Positions 59,157-64,000 of a DNA stretch of 64,000 bases are shown one piece after another (the stretch's first letter is position 1; each line of letters starts with the position of its first letter). Below the pieces are notes generated by a model. That model had not been told where the DNA came from. It did not search any database and was given only the letters and a program-made list of their open reading frames with translations. Origin of the DNA: the human T2T-CHM13v2.0 reference genome, Homo sapiens; the NCBI RefSeq assembly GCF_009914755.1, contig NC_060930.1, one strand, 5' to 3'. A program made the position numbers and the translations under genes.

Positions 59157-59462
59157 GGAAAGCTTAGAACCTTCTATATGATTTTATATGTTATTTTAAT
59201 ATGTTGTATATGTTATTTACTCATATAAATTTACCCAAGTAGCATCTGAAAATAACATGAATGATTGAAATATAGATCGCTCATACTGAGTTTATAGCTT
59301 TTTTCTTCTCCCTATAATTAAAAAAAAAATAGAACTGAAAATTTGATTAATTTGCGTTTTCACTTATCTATGCCAAAAAGAAGCTAGCTAAAAATGAAAC
59401 GGGGTAGCTGGAGAAGTAGATGTGAATATTTTCTATATTGGATATCAACCCCTAATTAATAA

Positions 59463-60070
<608 letters not shown>

Positions 60071-60172
60071 CCCACAAACAAACAAAAACATGAAAGTTAA
60101 AAAGAGAGGGAACCAATATTTACTTAGAACCTCTTGTATGCCAGGCGGTTTACATTTATATGTGTATTTTTA

Positions 60173-60337
60173 CCTTTTTTTATTTTTTTTGAGACAGGGT
60201 CCAGTTCCCTCACCCAGGCTAGAGGGCAGTGGCACAGTGACAGCTCACTGCAACCTCAAACTCCTGGCCTCAAGTGATCCTCCCGCCTCGGCCTCCCAAA
60301 GTGCTGGAATTACACGGATGAGCCACCATGCCTGGCC
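60173..60337 (-). mobile_element. Alu monomer (FRAM/FAM-like or arm recombinant) inside a MIR
   Basis: Single arm; TSD tacatttat; MIR core ccccattttacagatgaagaagctgag downstream. Confidence 0.85.
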
Positions 60338-61484
60338 TACATTTATGTTATCTGACAAACACTCAGAGAACTGATGGGGAGCAGTGGAGTATACTGTCCC
60401 CATTTTACAGATGAAGAAGCTGAGATTTGGAGAGATTAAGCAGTTTGCCCAAAGTTTATATAGACCAACCTGGATCCAGTCCATGTCTACAAAACCTCTA
60501 AGTGTTCTTTGTATTCTATTATGCACCCCCCACCATTTTTTTCCCCTATACTTCATGGTGAATTTGATAAAGGGGAGGAGGAAGGAATAGTTTGTCCTAA
60601 TTCATAGAACATTCTAAAGTAACGTGTTTGGCATTCCACATGAAACTACTTTTCTATGACTTATGTAATTTATAAATTGATTGTTGGCTATTAAGTACTT
60701 GGGCAAGTCCCTTCACACCTAAATCTCAATTTCGAAATGGATAAAAAGAGAACTTTGAGCAGGCCAGCCTAGAGTGCCTCCCAGCAGTCACACCTGCACC
60801 CGGCTCCATGCCAGTCCTTTCCCCCTCTTGTCTACCTGCACATCCTCTGAGGACTTTCATTTTCTTGGTATGGATTTGGGCTCTTATTATAAAAGACTAG
60901 CATTAATAAGTACAGTAAAAAGTAGGCCATTCATAACAATAACTTATTAAAGATAGTTTTATTTGATTTTTGATAATCTTAAGAAAAACACAAGTGTGTG
61001 CACTAAATCAAGTTGGCAAGACTGTGTAATCTGATGCCAAGTATAAACTGAGCAGACTTCAGGCTTACTGACATCAGATTCTTCGGTTATGCTTTCTTTT
61101 TACTTTTTAAAAAGTACTTCTAGTTTCCTATGTTTGGGTGGTTTCCCTTCCCAAGCTCCTTCCCTACTCTTATTCCAATTTCAGTAAAAAATGCAGAAAA
61201 TGGAGGAAAAGCCAAGAAAGGCTGTGTGCTCTTGCACACAGTGAAGTGAGTGGCAGTGCAGAAATCAGCAGTCTCCCTTTCATTGAAATTTGCCCAAGTA
61301 GCCAAGTCTTGAGTAGAGTAAGCCCAGACAGGGTTGGTTTTCTCTGAATTAACCTGAGAGGCTCCTCTCCTTTACTTAGGGCAAAGAAGAAGCTTTCTTG
61401 AGTACTGTTGCAGGAAAACATAATGATGGCAATGCAGTTAATTGAGAAGCAAAATGGAACATTCACCTCCTCTTCTCAAAGTGA

Positions 61485-61850
<366 letters not shown>

Positions 61851-62142
61851 TGATGACAGAGAAAGTCATTTTATGCTTCATGTTTTCTCATCTCTGAAAT
61901 GAGAGTTACAGTATCTATCCTCCTACCCAAAAGACTAGTATAAGGATAAAATAAAGCAAGAAAGAGCTTAAGAGGTACGGGTGTTACACCAACATAATGG
62001 TACTTCCATTGAAAGAGCAAGCTGTTCTAGCAGAATTCGAAATGTGAGATTCCATGCAAATCTTCTAGATAATTGGGCATTTACCCTTAAGCACTAAGTG
62101 GAATACTTAAAAAGTTATTTATTTAGTTCATTGATTTAGGTT

Positions 62143-62729
62143 AGAGACAGGGTCTTGCTTTGCCACCTAGGCTGGAGTATGGTGGCAAAAGTGATCATAG
62201 CTCACTACAGCCTCCAATTCCTGGGCTTAGGTGATTCCCCTGCCTTAGCCTCTTGAGTAGCTAGGACAACAGGCATGCACCACCACCACGCCCAGCTAAT
62301 TTTTTTTTTTTTTTTTTTGAGGTGGAGTTTCACTCTTTTTGCCCAGGCTGTAGTGCAATGGCTTGATCTCGGCTCACTGCAACCTCCGCCTCTTGGGTTC
62401 AATTCTCCTGCCTCAGCCTCTCAAGTAGCTGGGGTTACAGGCACATGCCACCAAGCCTGGCTAATTTTTGTATTTTTAGTAGAGAGGGGGTTTCACCATG
62501 TTGGCCAGGCTGGTCTGGACCTCCTGAGTTCAAGTGATCTGCCCACCTCGGCCTCCCAAAGTGCTGGGATTACAGGCGTGAGCCACCCGCCCAGCCTTTT
62601 TAATTTTTTAAAGAGACCAGGTCTCACTATGTTGTCTAGGCTGGTCTCAAACTCCTGGCCCCAAGTAATCCTCCCACCCCAGCCTCCCAAATTGTTGGGA
62701 TTACTGGCATGAGCCCCTGTGCCCGGCCA
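62143..62729 (-). mobile_element. AluJ with an AluSq-like copy (62300-62596) nested in its central linker
   Basis: J right arm, complete S element, then J left arm. Confidence 0.9.
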
Positions 62730-63235
62730 TAAATGAAATATTGAACATCATTTCACTATTTCTTATAGATTCAATGTCGTCACCATGAATACTAATTAAG
62801 GAGCTGTTCAGGGTCTTTGCCCTTCAGTCTAAATGGCTTCAGGCTGCTGCGATTCTTTTGTGTTCTTCCTCCTGTGTTCTGAGCTCCCATTCCTTTCTTA
62901 CTTACAGACTGTCAGCTTCCCCCTCGTGTGCTGTTAAAGCGATTTCCTTCATCTTTTCCAATGTTCTGCTCTGGTGCTTTGAAATCTGGTAATTCATTAG
63001 CACTGTCTTGATGTAAAAGTAAATTTGGTCAGTAGTGGGGAATTGTCATGATTTGAGGACATGATCTTTGTAGCCTCTCAATGGTTATTTAATCTATCAT
63101 ATACTATGGACATTATTTTTATTTTCTTTCTATTTTTCCTCTACTATGGGGTATTTTCTTTAGTGTTTGTAAGATTCTGGCACTTTAATAAGACTCCCTG
63201 TAGTGTTTAACAGTGGTTTAAATTTTAATGATTTG

Positions 63236-63364
63236 CCTGTAGTCCCAGAGGCAGGAGAATGGCGTGAACCCAGAAGGCGGAGGTTGCAGTGAGCTGAGAT
63301 CTCGCCACTGCACTCCAGCCTGGGCGACAGAGCGAGACTCTGTCTCAAAAAAAAAATAAATAAA
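63236..63364 (+). mobile_element. 5'-truncated AluY-like right arm
   Basis: ggagaatggcgtgaacc; TSD taatgatttg at 63226-63235 and 63365-63374. Confidence 0.9.
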
Positions 63365-63731
63365 TAATGATTTGAAGTAAGTTCTGACCAGCCCTCCCCT
63401 CCTCTAGGAAGCTTTACTAAATTAGGCAATGGAGGTCATTACATTTTCTTCATCTAACAGGAATTTTGCTGAGTTCTTATCATTTCTGTTGTGTAGACTC
63501 TTAGTTCTTCCTTAGGGTAGGAACCACACAACTTTCCTAGAAAATCCTGTCCTTTGGAACGGGGCTGGATACTGTTCGCATGCAATTGTCCCAGAGCTGG
63601 ACAGGCCACACTGCTTGTGCTGCTGGAATCTGCTAGCTGATATTTGACTTGAAGTTGTTTTTCTACCTCCATTTCAAAAGTGACCAGAATCTTTACTTTT
63701 TCTCTGATAAAAGATTCAGAAAAATTAGATT

Positions 63732-64000
63732 GGCCTAGCACGGTGGCTCATGCCTATAATCTCAGCACTTTGGGAGGCCAAGATGGGAGGATTACTTGAG
63801 AACAGGAGTTTGAGACCAGCCTAGGCAACATAGTGAGACCACATCTCTACAAAAAATTTACAAATTAGCCAGGCATGGTAGCACGCGCCTGTAGTCCTAG
63901 GTCCTTGGGAGGCTGAGGTAGGAGGATTGCTTGAGCCCAGGAGGTTGAGGCTGCAATGAGCCCTACTTTTGCCAGTGCACTCCAGCCTGGGTGACAAAGC
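63732..64000 (+). mobile_element. AluJ, cut by window edge
   Basis: J-type ggaggattgcttgagcccaggagg. Confidence 0.93.

Noticed and set aside
61222-61241. 8-bp perfect hairpin ctgtgtgc-tctt-gcacacag
   Set aside because: Expected by chance in 64 kb; too short for a pre-miRNA and has no snoRNA or tRNA boxes.

Overview
Primate (very probably human) genomic DNA with no credible protein-coding exon, RNA gene, CRISPR array or prokaryotic element. The ORF track is explained by Alu arms, CpG-island GC bias and a CA-rich minisatellite. About 40 Alu copies, old L1M, L2 and MIR LINE/SINE relics, ERVL/MaLR solo LTRs and two DNA-transposon relics make up much of the window. The centre is a chain of four CpG islands (~21.2-21.9, 25.9-26.6, 31.8-33.0 and 34.0-35.1 kb), three of them inside a ~13 kb Alu-free zone. 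Island 3 has a compact promoter: a PRDM1/IRF-type AGAAAGTGAAAGTG site, a GC box, palindromic GTCACGTGAC and CCAAT, with four GATAA sites about 600 bp upstream. Island 4 has strong 5' splice donors on the + strand, and the sequence downstream looks T/G-skewed like a + strand intron. My best reading is a distal promoter and non-coding first exon of a gene whose coding exons lie beyond the window. The island layout matches my recollection of the far-upstream region of PRDM1 (BLIMP1, 6q21), but this is unverified. The most interesting candidate is a possible autoregulatory PRDM1/IRF site plus a GATA cluster at that distal promoter. I found no evidence of a novel coding system. Repeat subfamily calls and boundaries were made by eye and are approximate.
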